Source: an uncultured bacterium (GTDB lineage Bacteria > Krumholzibacteriota > Krumholzibacteriia > Krumholzibacteriales > WJIX01). Taken from it: DNA of 64,000 nucleotides. This document shows positions 10,433 to 19,477 of the stretch, in pieces. The translations under genes were made by a program, and so were the position numbers. The stretch is from NCBI GenBank assembly GCA_964554125.1, contig CAZKNG010000004.1, positions 672 to 64,671 on the forward strand, in the 5' to 3' direction. The notes under the pieces were generated by a model that saw only the letters and a program-made list of their open reading frames with translations, searched no databases and was not told the origin of the DNA. Positions within the stretch are counted from its first letter, which is position 1, and the number at the start of each line of letters is the position of its first letter.

Positions 10433-10797
10433 CTTTTTCCCTCCCTTTTGCTCGCACTCTTGTCCGGATAAGAAGTTTCCCCAAGCTTCCTCAAATTAAG
10501 TTGTAGTACAGGGTGCCACGGATTAAAGGAAAAAACAAGTATTCTTTTTTCCTTTCAATCTTACCCCGGACAGGCCCTCAGGGCGGTGAGAAGTTGACCC
10601 TATAAAAGCTTCTGTTTAGCTTGTCTAATGAGAAAAAATCAAATTCAAGCTTCCGGCGCGAACATAAAAAGTGAGAACTCAGAGATATAGTTACAGTGAA
10701 TGTGAAGAATCCGGTTGGAGAACGGTGTAATATTAATTAGAATATATCCTGTAGGTTCTTTAGAACGTAATTAAACAGCCGGGCAGGGAAGTTAAAT

Positions 10798-12519
10798 ATG
10801 TTACCTCCTCTTTTACCTTCGGTAGTGAGACATTTTGTTTACCCTTTTTATAGAGGGTATAGAAAAGACAGGGTCCTTTCTATTCTGAGCGATTTGGAGG
10901 ATAATCAGTGGCTCGGAAAAGAACAGATAGAAGAGATACAATGGAGGAAGCTCAAGAAGCTGTTGAGTTACGTTTCCATCCATGTTCCCTATTACAGGGA
11001 TCTCTTCAGTAACAGGGGAATAGAACCCGATGAGATAGAAAGCCCCGCTGATTTTAAGAATATACCGTATCTGACAAGAAATGTTATTACAAAGAGCAGC
11101 CGTGATCTTATTACAGGAGATCCGCTGATGAAGGGATATGCTTCGAGTACCGGCGGGTCTAACGGTGACCCTCTCTATTTCTACTGTGATCTTGCGGCCG
11201 GTCCCGTCCGCCGTGCCAACACAATCAGGCAGTTCCGCTATGCCGGTATTGATATTGGCGACAGGCAGCTGCGGCTTATGGGAGATCAGCTGGATAGAAC
11301 ATGGAAGGAAAACGCCGCGGCGAAGGTAAAAGATTACTTCAATAATATTAAATTCCTGTCATCGTTTGATATGTCAGACGAAGCGATGAAAGAGTATATC
11401 TATGTTGAACACTTTTTTAAACCCTCTGTTATTGTAGCCTACCCTTCAGCTCTTGCTCTTCTGGCTCATTTTTGTAAGAGGAGGGCTTTGAAGGTTTTTA
11501 AACCGAAAGCCGTTGTTACAAGCGGGGAAATGCTGTACCCGGAGCAGAGGAAGATAATCGAAGAGGTCTTTTCCGCCCCTGTTTTCAACAGATACGGAAC
11601 CAGTCAGTTTTCCAATGTAGCCAGCGAATGTAAACAGCATAAGGGGTTGCATGTAGCGAGTGATCTCTTCTTCGTCGAAGTAATTAACAATAGCGGGAAA
11701 CCGGCTGAAGCGGGCGAAAAGGGGGAGCTGGTCATTACAGACCTGTCTAACTTTTACATGCCCTTTATAAGATATAGAACCGGAGATTATGCGGTTCCGG
11801 CAGGAAGAATTTGTGACTGCGGAATAGGTCTGCCTCTCCTTGAAAGGATTGAAGGACGCAGCTTAAATACTATCAGAACTGCTGAAGGCAAATCTGTCGG
11901 GGGTGCTTTCTGGACTAGACTTTCGAGAACAGTGCCGGGGATAAAGAGATTTCAAATTGAGCAGAAGGGTCTAAACAGCATCAATTACAGAATTGTTACC
12001 GGTCCCGGGTGGAAAGTTGAATTTAAAGATATCCTTGATAGAAAGATCAAGTCATACTGCGGAGATAATTTAAACATTACCTTTCTTGAAGTTGATGACA
12101 TTCCTCTTACACCCTCGGGGAAATCCAGGTTTATTATTCCTGATACCGAAGAAAAACTTGTCATTAAATCCAAGATACACAAGGCAAATATCACCTCGGC
12201 AGAACCTGATATGAATGACTGTCTGTGTATAGACGAAAAACTCATGGAGCTTGCCGATATTTCCGAATATGAAAAGATCCTCATCGTTGATGCCACAAAT
12301 GGAGTCCGTCTCGAAACATTCGCCGTGAAGGCCCCCAGAGATAAAGGTGATATTAAAGCCTGCGGAGCGGTCGCGGGAAAAGTTAACCCGGGGGATGAAA
12401 TAGGTGTAATGGCGTTTACATGGGCGAAGGAAAACGAGGTTGATTTCAGTAATATTCTCGTTGATAAGAGGAACAGGTTCTTACGTTATCTTACAGAATT
12501 TCCAGGGCATAAAATATGA
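10798..12519 (+). CDS. PaaK/CapK-type adenylate-forming ligase fused to a C-terminal degenerate PanD-like (aspartate decarboxylase fold) domain
   Basis: ANL/PaaK motifs SSTGGSNGDP, GELVITDL and YRTGD. The C-terminal ~115 aa align along their whole length with the PanD ORF downstream: KSKIHKA, ILIVDATNGVRLETF, GAVAG, GVMAFTW. Confidence 0.65.
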   Translation: MLPPLLPSVVRHFVYPFYRGYRKDRVLSILSDLEDNQWLGKEQIEEIQWRKLKKLLSYVSIHVPYYRDLFSNRGIEPDEIESPADFKNIPYLTRNVITKSSRDLITGDPLMKGYASSTGGSNGDPLYFYCDLAAGPVRRANTIRQFRYAGIDIGDRQLRLMGDQLDRTWKENAAAKVKDYFNNIKFLSSFDMSDEAMKEYIYVEHFFKPSVIVAYPSALALLAHFCKRRALKVFKPKAVVTSGEMLYPEQRKIIEEVFSAPVFNRYGTSQFSNVASECKQHKGLHVASDLFFVEVINNSGKPAEAGEKGELVITDLSNFYMPFIRYRTGDYAVPAGRICDCGIGLPLLERIEGRSLNTIRTAEGKSVGGAFWTRLSRTVPGIKRFQIEQKGLNSINYRIVTGPGWKVEFKDILDRKIKSYCGDNLNITFLEVDDIPLTPSGKSRFIIPDTEEKLVIKSKIHKANITSAEPDMNDCLCIDEKLMELADISEYEKILIVDATNGVRLETFAVKAPRDKGDIKACGAVAGKVNPGDEIGVMAFTWAKENEVDFSNILVDKRNRFLRYLTEFPGHKI

Positions 12520-12686
12520 TATATCTGTCCGGCGCTTTTAAAGATGCCGGAGATAAACTTTTTCCTCCGGCTTAATAATCAATAGTCTGTCCGGCATTAT
12601 TAATCCTTACTTTCCCTTTGATTTTATGGATAATTTGATATATTTATATCTGTACGCGATCGAAACCGCAAAGATGTGAGTATGTC

Positions 12687-13046
12687 ATGAAACGTATGTT
12701 TTTAAAATCTATGATTCTGAAAGCGAAGGTCACTCAAGCCGATCTTCGTTATGTGGGAAGCATTACGATCGATGAAGATCTTGTTGAGAAAGCGAATCTG
12801 AGTGAAAATGAGAATGTATTGATCGTTGACAAAACAAATGGAAACAGACTCCAGACCTATATAATAATCGGTGAGAGAGGCTCTGGAGTAATTTGCATCA
12901 ACGGTGCCGCGGCTCACCTTGTAGATGAAGGTGACATTGTTGATATCATGGCATTTTCCTGGACCACGGGTGAAGCTCAATCACTCTTTATAAAATTGGA
13001 TGAGAATAATCATTTTTCCAGGTATGTCAAAACGGGTGAGCGCTGA
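12687..13046 (+). CDS. panD: Aspartate 1-decarboxylase proenzyme PanD
   Basis: Canonical PanD: Lys9, His11, the Gly-Ser self-cleavage site (YVGSITID), Arg54, Thr57, Tyr58 (RLQTY), and GAAAHL. Confidence 0.85.
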   Translation: MKRMFLKSMILKAKVTQADLRYVGSITIDEDLVEKANLSENENVLIVDKTNGNRLQTYIIIGERGSGVICINGAAAHLVDEGDIVDIMAFSWTTGEAQSLFIKLDENNHFSRYVKTGER

Positions 13047-13077
13047 CCCTTCCTACGGTTTCTCAGAAAGGGAATGA

Positions 13078-14214
13078 ATGTTCAAAAGAAGCCTGCGCCT
13101 CTTTGAGCTATGGGGCATCCCGGTGGAAATTCATATCAGCTGGATTCTTATCTTCATACTTGTAACATGGAGCTTTGCCACCGGTGTTTATCCCGAGTCC
13201 TACGGCGGGACTTTCTCTTCCACTCAGTTATGGATCATCTCTTTTCTGACAGCTGTTCTTTTATTCCTGTCGATACTTCTTCATGAGTTCAGTCATTCTG
13301 TTGTTGCTATCCGAAATGGTCTTCCCATCGGGAAAATTACATTATTTATGTTCGGAGGCGTAGCTCAGATGCGCCGTGAGGTTGAAAGTCCTTCCGTGGA
13401 ACTCAAGATGGCCTCGGCGGGACCCGCGATGACCCTTGTGCTTATAGGTGTTTATTACCTTCTGGGCGTAATTTTCAGATCATTCGACACCCTTTTCGTG
13501 TTGTTCAATTCACTCGCGTTTATAAACGGAGCGATTCTTGTTTTCAATATGATTCCGGGATTTCCACTTGACGGCGGAAGAATACTGAGGGCGGTTATCT
13601 GGCGTAAGACAGGCAATCTTCTCAGAGCAACAAAAACAGCCAGCCGGATTGGAAAGGGTTTCGCCTTTTTCCTGATAGGTATGGGCATTATCAGTTTTCT
13701 GGTTAAGGGTAATCTTATAGACGGCATCTGGCTGATGATAATCGGCACTTTTCTGAGACAAGCCGCCGAAAGAAGCTACAAAGCCGTTATTTACCGGGAG
13801 GTCATGGAGAGATTCAAGGTTTCGGATATAGTAAGATATGATGTCGTGACAGTCGGATTGTCAGTTGATCTGCGGACACTTGTCGAGGATTATTTCAAAA
13901 AGCACCCCTTTCAATCTTTTCCCGTAGTGGAGGATGGGGTTCTGGTGGGAATAATCAGACTCGATGATGTTAAGAAGGTCGAGAGAGGAAAGTGGCCTGA
14001 AATAAAGACGGCGGATTTAGTAAACAGGAATATTTCAGATTACGCGATCCGGGCTTTTGATAATGCCGGAAAACTTCTCCGTCTTATACAAGAAAAAAAG
14101 TACGATTCTTTTCCGGTAATCGATGATTATGGAAGATTTACCGGCATTGTAACGAGGAGCGATTTCGAAGAAGCGGTAAGAGTTATGACTTCCATTAGAA
14201 ATTTGCCGGATTAG
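13078..14214 (+). CDS. Site-2 protease family (M50) zinc metalloprotease with C-terminal CBS pair
   Basis: HEFSH zinc motif in TM helix 2. Multiple TM helices. LDG motif (FPLDGGRIL). C-terminal tandem CBS domains. Confidence 0.75.
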   Translation: MFKRSLRLFELWGIPVEIHISWILIFILVTWSFATGVYPESYGGTFSSTQLWIISFLTAVLLFLSILLHEFSHSVVAIRNGLPIGKITLFMFGGVAQMRREVESPSVELKMASAGPAMTLVLIGVYYLLGVIFRSFDTLFVLFNSLAFINGAILVFNMIPGFPLDGGRILRAVIWRKTGNLLRATKTASRIGKGFAFFLIGMGIISFLVKGNLIDGIWLMIIGTFLRQAAERSYKAVIYREVMERFKVSDIVRYDVVTVGLSVDLRTLVEDYFKKHPFQSFPVVEDGVLVGIIRLDDVKKVERGKWPEIKTADLVNRNISDYAIRAFDNAGKLLRLIQEKKYDSFPVIDDYGRFTGIVTRSDFEEAVRVMTSIRNLPD

Positions 14215-14225
14215 TTTAGATAAAG

Positions 14226-16064
14226 CTATATCATCCCTGAATCGGTGTAGTTTTCTATTGAGCTTGAAGAGCTGCTCAGGTCTTCGATGATCGATGTGAG
14301 TGTAAACAGGTGATCAAAGCCGAACTTGCCCAGTTTCCCGGTGTTTTCTGAAATTCCGCCGAGCGACAGATATTCGCCGATTGAATGGCAGTTTTGAATC
14401 TGGCGGTTGAAGCATTCTACTATCTTTGAATTCTTCCCATACGGTCCTATTACATCGTTGGTCTGTTTTACCTTATTTCTTAACAACTTTTTCAGAGACG
14501 CGGGGAGGATGTAATACAATTCTCTCGCGTAAAGATATAACAGATATTTTTTAGAAGATATATCGAACCCCCAGTTGGCGTTACGGACAGCGGATGCTTC
14601 AGGTGAAAGTTTGAGCAGGAACTCCCGGTAGAGTTTGTATTTTGCTTTATGCTTATCCGGGCAATTCATGACAAAGTTAAAGAAGTGTATGGAATTAAAA
14701 GGCGAGACAGTCCAGAAGTAGAATCTGTTGCGGTCTTCTCCCTCAGATGTCCACTTCAGATTACGCTGATTGATTATAAAATGAACGTATTTTCCGTCCA
14801 TCCCTCTCTCGGGATACGCCGCGAGTTCTTCTCTTATTTCAGCTATAATATCATTTTCCCTGATCCCCGTGACAGCGGCTGTAATATCAAGTGGAACGAC
14901 ATGGTTCGTCTTGATAATAAACCGGGTCAATTCGTGTGTGTCTTTGAGTTTCTTAAAAGGTCTGGAATCGGGGATTATTAATCCCCCGCCCTCTCCGGTG
15001 AAATATGTAATTCTGTCTCCCCATTCGGTCCGTATCGCGTTGAAATAGGGTATGGAAAAACTCATTCCCAGGAAATTCATTCCATTCTTCATTCTGAGAA
15101 GTTTTAGAACCTCCTCTCCCGTAGCCTGTCCGATTTCAAAGAGTTTCCAGTCGAAATTCAGGACTTCGGATAATTCCCTCGCGATATCAATATCCTTCGC
15201 CGCTGTTTTATAGTAGTCGAGGAAGGTGGCGCCCGAGAAATCGATATCGATCCCTGTAAGGGCGGAGGCGACTGCTCTGGAATCCAGCCCGCCGCTCTGG
15301 GTGATTATATTCTTATCTACGGGGTCAGCCATTTTACCGCACATATCTGAGAAGATGGCAACCATCCGGTCAGCGGATTCACCTACACTGAGCCCGCGAT
15401 TGTTTTTCGAATCGTAATTGAAATTATAAAGTGTTTCTATTGAAACTCTATCCGATTTTCCATCTGATCTGATCACAGAAGCGGGCGGGAGGCGGAAGGT
15501 GTTTTTTAGCAGCGTTCTTCTTCCAAGGGGGAATCCCAGAAGCAGAAATTGAGAGGATCCGGTTCTATCGAAACCTGTTCCACCGGAGAAATGATGGATG
15601 AATCTGAGTTCTCTTGAGACTGTTAGTGTTCCCGCGTCTTCATTCCAGTATAGCGGAAGGCGTCCCAGAGCGTCATTTAGTATCCACAAAGAAGATGATT
15701 TCCGATGAAGTATGAATATTATAAAATCTCCATTTGTATCCATAAGCCACCGAGTGATCTTTTCTCTTGAGCTGCCGGAATTTTCTATAAACAGTTTGAC
15801 GAGTTTTCTGATCTCAGAAGAGATCTCCGAATGAGTTTTCCCGTATATCTTTCCCTCAAGGCAGATAAAGTATTCGCCATTCTCTATGACCGTCACCGGA
15901 TATTTCGCGTGACTCGTGCAGCATAGGAAATATCTGTCATCTTCGAGCAGTATATTCCGTTCGATCCATTTTTCGTGTATAACCGAATCCAGAGCTTTCA
16001 AGCTCTGCGCCTTTCTTTTTTTCAGCCCTCCGACGGGCTTATAGATAAAACTTATTCCAGGCAT
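14226..16064 (-). CDS. Asparagine-synthetase-like amidotransferase lacking catalytic Cys (Pro2); PP-loop intact
   Basis: N-terminus MPGISFIY compared with canonical MCGI. PP-loop SGGLDS present. 612 aa with an AsnB-type two-domain layout. Confidence 0.65.
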   Translation of the reverse strand: MPGISFIYKPVGGLKKRKAQSLKALDSVIHEKWIERNILLEDDRYFLCCTSHAKYPVTVIENGEYFICLEGKIYGKTHSEISSEIRKLVKLFIENSGSSREKITRWLMDTNGDFIIFILHRKSSSLWILNDALGRLPLYWNEDAGTLTVSRELRFIHHFSGGTGFDRTGSSQFLLLGFPLGRRTLLKNTFRLPPASVIRSDGKSDRVSIETLYNFNYDSKNNRGLSVGESADRMVAIFSDMCGKMADPVDKNIITQSGGLDSRAVASALTGIDIDFSGATFLDYYKTAAKDIDIARELSEVLNFDWKLFEIGQATGEEVLKLLRMKNGMNFLGMSFSIPYFNAIRTEWGDRITYFTGEGGGLIIPDSRPFKKLKDTHELTRFIIKTNHVVPLDITAAVTGIRENDIIAEIREELAAYPERGMDGKYVHFIINQRNLKWTSEGEDRNRFYFWTVSPFNSIHFFNFVMNCPDKHKAKYKLYREFLLKLSPEASAVRNANWGFDISSKKYLLYLYARELYYILPASLKKLLRNKVKQTNDVIGPYGKNSKIVECFNRQIQNCHSIGEYLSLGGISENTGKLGKFGFDHLFTLTSIIEDLSSSSSSIENYTDSGMI

Positions 16065-16282
16065 GGTAATTTCTCCGTGATAATCCTGCTGAGATTACAT
16101 GTCGATTAAGGAGACGCTCTAAGCGAATTTTACAGGTCCCGGGAGATATTGCAATAGTATTCTGCCGGTGAATGATGTGGAAACTATCGCTTGGCACGAG
16201 TTTGAAGAACCCGGGGGCGCGGCCGATCTGCCAGCAAGGCATCTCTAAGCTGTAAAGCATCTGACTCTACTGAAGGGTATGA

Positions 16283-16912
16283 TCATTTCTGTTCTCTGAG
16301 TCTATCTATTTCACTTATCTGTTGGCCTGTGAGTCTGTCAGCGCCTCCAAGAAGCTCTGTGAAAAGGGTCGTTCGCGCCGCCGCCTCGAGCACTTCGATT
16401 TTGCTGAAGGCCTCTTCAAGAGTCAGCCCAAGACAGACAGGTCCGTGATTCCTCATCATTATTACATCACTGCCTGCCGCGGCTTCGGAGACAGCGGAGG
16501 CAAGTTTTTCTGACCCCATAAGAGCATAAGGAACATTGGCTATCTGTCCCAGTATAAATCGTGATTCACCTGTGAAATCTGTCTTTATCTCTATGTTGGA
16601 TGCCGACAGGATGGTTGCCCACGGGGGATGAGCGTGAACAACGGCTCTGATATCATCGCGGCGATTATAGATTTTAAGGTGAAGGGAGGTTTCCATGCTG
16701 GGTGTAAGGTCACCTGAAAGATTTTTACCGTCTGTTGAAACTTCACAAATATTTTCGGCCGTGAGTCTTCCCTTGTCGAGCCCCGATGGAGTAACGAGGA
16801 TCGAGTTCGCGCCGTTTCTCAGGCTGATATTGCCTCCGCGCGCCGTTGTAAGTTCTCGCGCGTAGAGACGGTTTACAAAGTAGGCTATCTCTTCTTTTTT
16901 TCCTGATTCCAT
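16283..16912 (-). CDS. Class II aldolase/adducin-family protein (fuculose-P aldolase / MtnB-like)
   Basis: NISLR, VTPSG and HAHPPWATILS metal-binding His motifs. Confidence 0.7.
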   Translation of the reverse strand: MESGKKEEIAYFVNRLYARELTTARGGNISLRNGANSILVTPSGLDKGRLTAENICEVSTDGKNLSGDLTPSMETSLHLKIYNRRDDIRAVVHAHPPWATILSASNIEIKTDFTGESRFILGQIANVPYALMGSEKLASAVSEAAAGSDVIMMRNHGPVCLGLTLEEAFSKIEVLEAAARTTLFTELLGGADRLTGQQISEIDRLREQK

Positions 16913-17040
16913 GGTGTTTGCAGGTTTAAAATAGTCATTCTATCTGTTATGCTTCATTACTATCATATAAATTAACAGAATAAAAGGAAATATAAAACAA
17001 TTCCGAGTGATTTAATCTTACCTCTGGGAGGGGGATTGAT

Positions 17041-18186
17041 ATGAAATATCTGGTGATTACAACATCGCTCTTAATGTTGATGATATCAACATCTGTTTCT
17101 TCACCCGGCAGGGAGCAGTCAACAGGAAAGACAAGGGAGCCCGTAGATACTGTCGGATACGCTGTTACCCCTTCGCAGACCGCAGCGGTTATGAATTTAT
17201 GTGATTCAATTGAAAAGGCCCGGTGTTTGAAGAATGAGAGGGCACATCCTGTAATGTCCGGAGGGGAGTTGATCGCGGCGATCTGCCCGCATGACGATTA
17301 TCTGTATGCCGCTCCCGTTTATTTTCACGTGATGAGAGAAATTACGGCCCCTGTGATTTTAATGATCGGCGTTTCCCATCATGCCAGACATAAGGGGATA
17401 GAGGGAAGATTGATTTTTGATGATTTTAAAAGCTGGAAAGGTCCCTATGGGAAGGTGAGGGTTTCCAGTCTCAGGGATGATATTATTGAGGCCCTTCCTG
17501 AGGAGATTGTTATGGTTGACGGCGATATTCACGCGAAGGAACATTCTCTCGAGGCTTTTCTGCCCTTTCTGCAGCATTCGGAGTTCTCTGATAGAAATAA
17601 AGCCCTGGAGAGGAGAGATTATTCTTTTCCGAGGATTATTCCCATTCTTGTTACCAGATTTAAGGGGGAGTCGCAGGGGGAAGCAGCCGGCCGGCTTGCC
17701 TCCGTTCTGAGAAAAGAGATGAAAGAGAGGGATTGGATTCTGGGAAAAGACCTTCAGGTTCTTATTTCAGCCGATTGCGTGCACTATGGAGATAAAAAAT
17801 GGGGCGGGCGCAATTACGCGCCTTTCGGGACGGATGCCAAAGGGTATGAGAAGGCCTTGAAACAGGAAATGAAGATAATAGATTCATCCTTAACAGGTGT
17901 AATAGATGACGGGAAAATAGATCGATTCAGATCTCTGGTTGAGAGAGATGACCCGGAGTGGCCCTATAAAATACCGTGGTGCGGGGTTTATTCGATCCCT
18001 TTCGGTTTGAGTGCCGCCAGAAGATTATGTGAACTTGCCGGCCGCGAAGCCCCGGAGGGATTTTTGTTAAAATATCAGACCAGCCTGGAGCCTGGGAAGA
18101 TCAGCCCTGAAGCGGAGGGACTTGGAGTAACAAACATTAATACCCTTCATCATTGGGTTGGATACGCGGCTGTCGGTTACTGGTAA
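17041..18186 (+). CDS. MEMO1-family protein with N-terminal signal peptide / extension
   Basis: Memo-like motifs (ICPHDDYLYAAPVYFHV, GVSHH). The hydrophobic N-terminus suggests export. Confidence 0.55.
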   Translation: MKYLVITTSLLMLMISTSVSSPGREQSTGKTREPVDTVGYAVTPSQTAAVMNLCDSIEKARCLKNERAHPVMSGGELIAAICPHDDYLYAAPVYFHVMREITAPVILMIGVSHHARHKGIEGRLIFDDFKSWKGPYGKVRVSSLRDDIIEALPEEIVMVDGDIHAKEHSLEAFLPFLQHSEFSDRNKALERRDYSFPRIIPILVTRFKGESQGEAAGRLASVLRKEMKERDWILGKDLQVLISADCVHYGDKKWGGRNYAPFGTDAKGYEKALKQEMKIIDSSLTGVIDDGKIDRFRSLVERDDPEWPYKIPWCGVYSIPFGLSAARRLCELAGREAPEGFLLKYQTSLEPGKISPEAEGLGVTNINTLHHWVGYAAVGYW

Positions 18187-18192
18187 GGTATG

Positions 18193-18540
18193 TCAGCCTG
18201 GGAATAATTCTATCAGATCACCCTGATTAGAATGGGTTTCGGACAGTGTGTCCGGAGGAAGCTCAATCGCGCCGATAGCACCGTCGGCTGATTCAGTGAA
18301 ACAGCCGGGGGGGAAGTTTCTCAATATCCTTATTATTCTTCTGTTTTTATCGATAAAAATTATATCTACCGGGTTTTTCATTCCTACGGTATAGATACCG
18401 CTGCATCGATGCAGCCACAACGCGCACCCTTTTGGTATTCCGTAATTATTTATTCGCTTGAGTGTTTTATTGAAATTTGAAGCCAGTGTAAGGAGAGTGT
18501 CTCCAAGTATGGTGTTCTGTGTTAGATTCAGGACGGACAT
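18193..18540 (-). CDS. DUF192-family protein (COG1430)
   Basis: 115 aa. Length and conserved pattern (ALWLHRCSGIYTVGM...IDIIFIDKN...IGAIELP) are typical of DUF192. Confidence 0.55.
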   Translation of the reverse strand: MSVLNLTQNTILGDTLLTLASNFNKTLKRINNYGIPKGCALWLHRCSGIYTVGMKNPVDIIFIDKNRRIIRILRNFPPGCFTESADGAIGAIELPPDTLSETHSNQGDLIELFPG

Positions 18541-18550
18541 TTATTCTCCT

Positions 18551-19207
18551 CTATATAAAAACTCCTATTATCACTACGGCGAGAGTTGACATCGCGAGTA
18601 TTGTTTTCCAGGGGGCTATGCGAATATTGTTTGGCGTTTTTTCTTCGTCCTCATACTTATATTCTATTTCGCCGGTCTGTCCGCTTTCATTATCCATTCT
18701 GGACGCTTCTATTCGGGCAAGCTGAGATGTAAGAGTTTCTTGTGATGGAATAGCGGATTGAGGGTAGAATGCAAGGTTATGAAGATTAGAGAGGACCATA
18801 AACTGCCGCGATTTAAAAAGCTTTGCAATGGCGAGGAAGGTAAAGATAATAATAAAAACAAGTATTGAACCGAGGGGGCCTGTAATGGCTCCGGCAGCGG
18901 CTGAATAAACAAATACCGATTTTGACGTTTTTTCATAGAACTGAATCGGTGTTGTAAGTAAAAGTGATATAAAAATACCGGAAGCCGAGAAATAAACACC
19001 ACCTATTCCGTCTCTGAACGCGTGAAAAGCCAGCGACATTGCCGCCGTGAATATTATAGCCGTAAGAACGCTCTTTTTCGGACTGCTCGTTATAATTATC
19101 ATAATGAAGGCAACAGCCAGAATTTTAAGAATCAAAGTCTGAAAATGATATGTTCCCATCGTCACCATTCCTTTTTGCTTAATACCATTTCTCCTTTTAT
19201 TGCACAA
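18551..19207 (-). CDS. Integral membrane protein, unknown function (start uncertain)
   Basis: Four to five predicted TM helices and an acidic C-terminal region. A likely true start is the ATG with an AAGGAA ribosome-binding site at about 19159. Confidence 0.35.
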   Translation of the reverse strand: MCNKRRNGIKQKGMVTMGTYHFQTLILKILAVAFIMIIITSSPKKSVLTAIIFTAAMSLAFHAFRDGIGGVYFSASGIFISLLLTTPIQFYEKTSKSVFVYSAAAGAITGPLGSILVFIIIFTFLAIAKLFKSRQFMVLSNLHNLAFYPQSAIPSQETLTSQLARIEASRMDNESGQTGEIEYKYEDEEKTPNNIRIAPWKTILAMSTLAVVIIGVFI

Positions 19208-19477
19208 ACAAGAAATATTCCTTAAACAATTGTGTAATCATCCGGGGAATGAGAGGGGTTCTGTAATCTGGTTTAAATTATGTAATTATCTTTTTCGCAG
19301 CAAGTTACAGGGTTCAATAAAAACGGACTATTATTATAAATGCGAATTTTAATAACTATACTGAAGTTTGGAATCAAATATTGTGGGGAAATTCCACCAT
19401 CTAATTCAGGTAGTATGGAGAGTATTGGTGATTGTTACTACTTTTTTGACACTTGTGTTGAAAGGGTTTCCCTCGAT

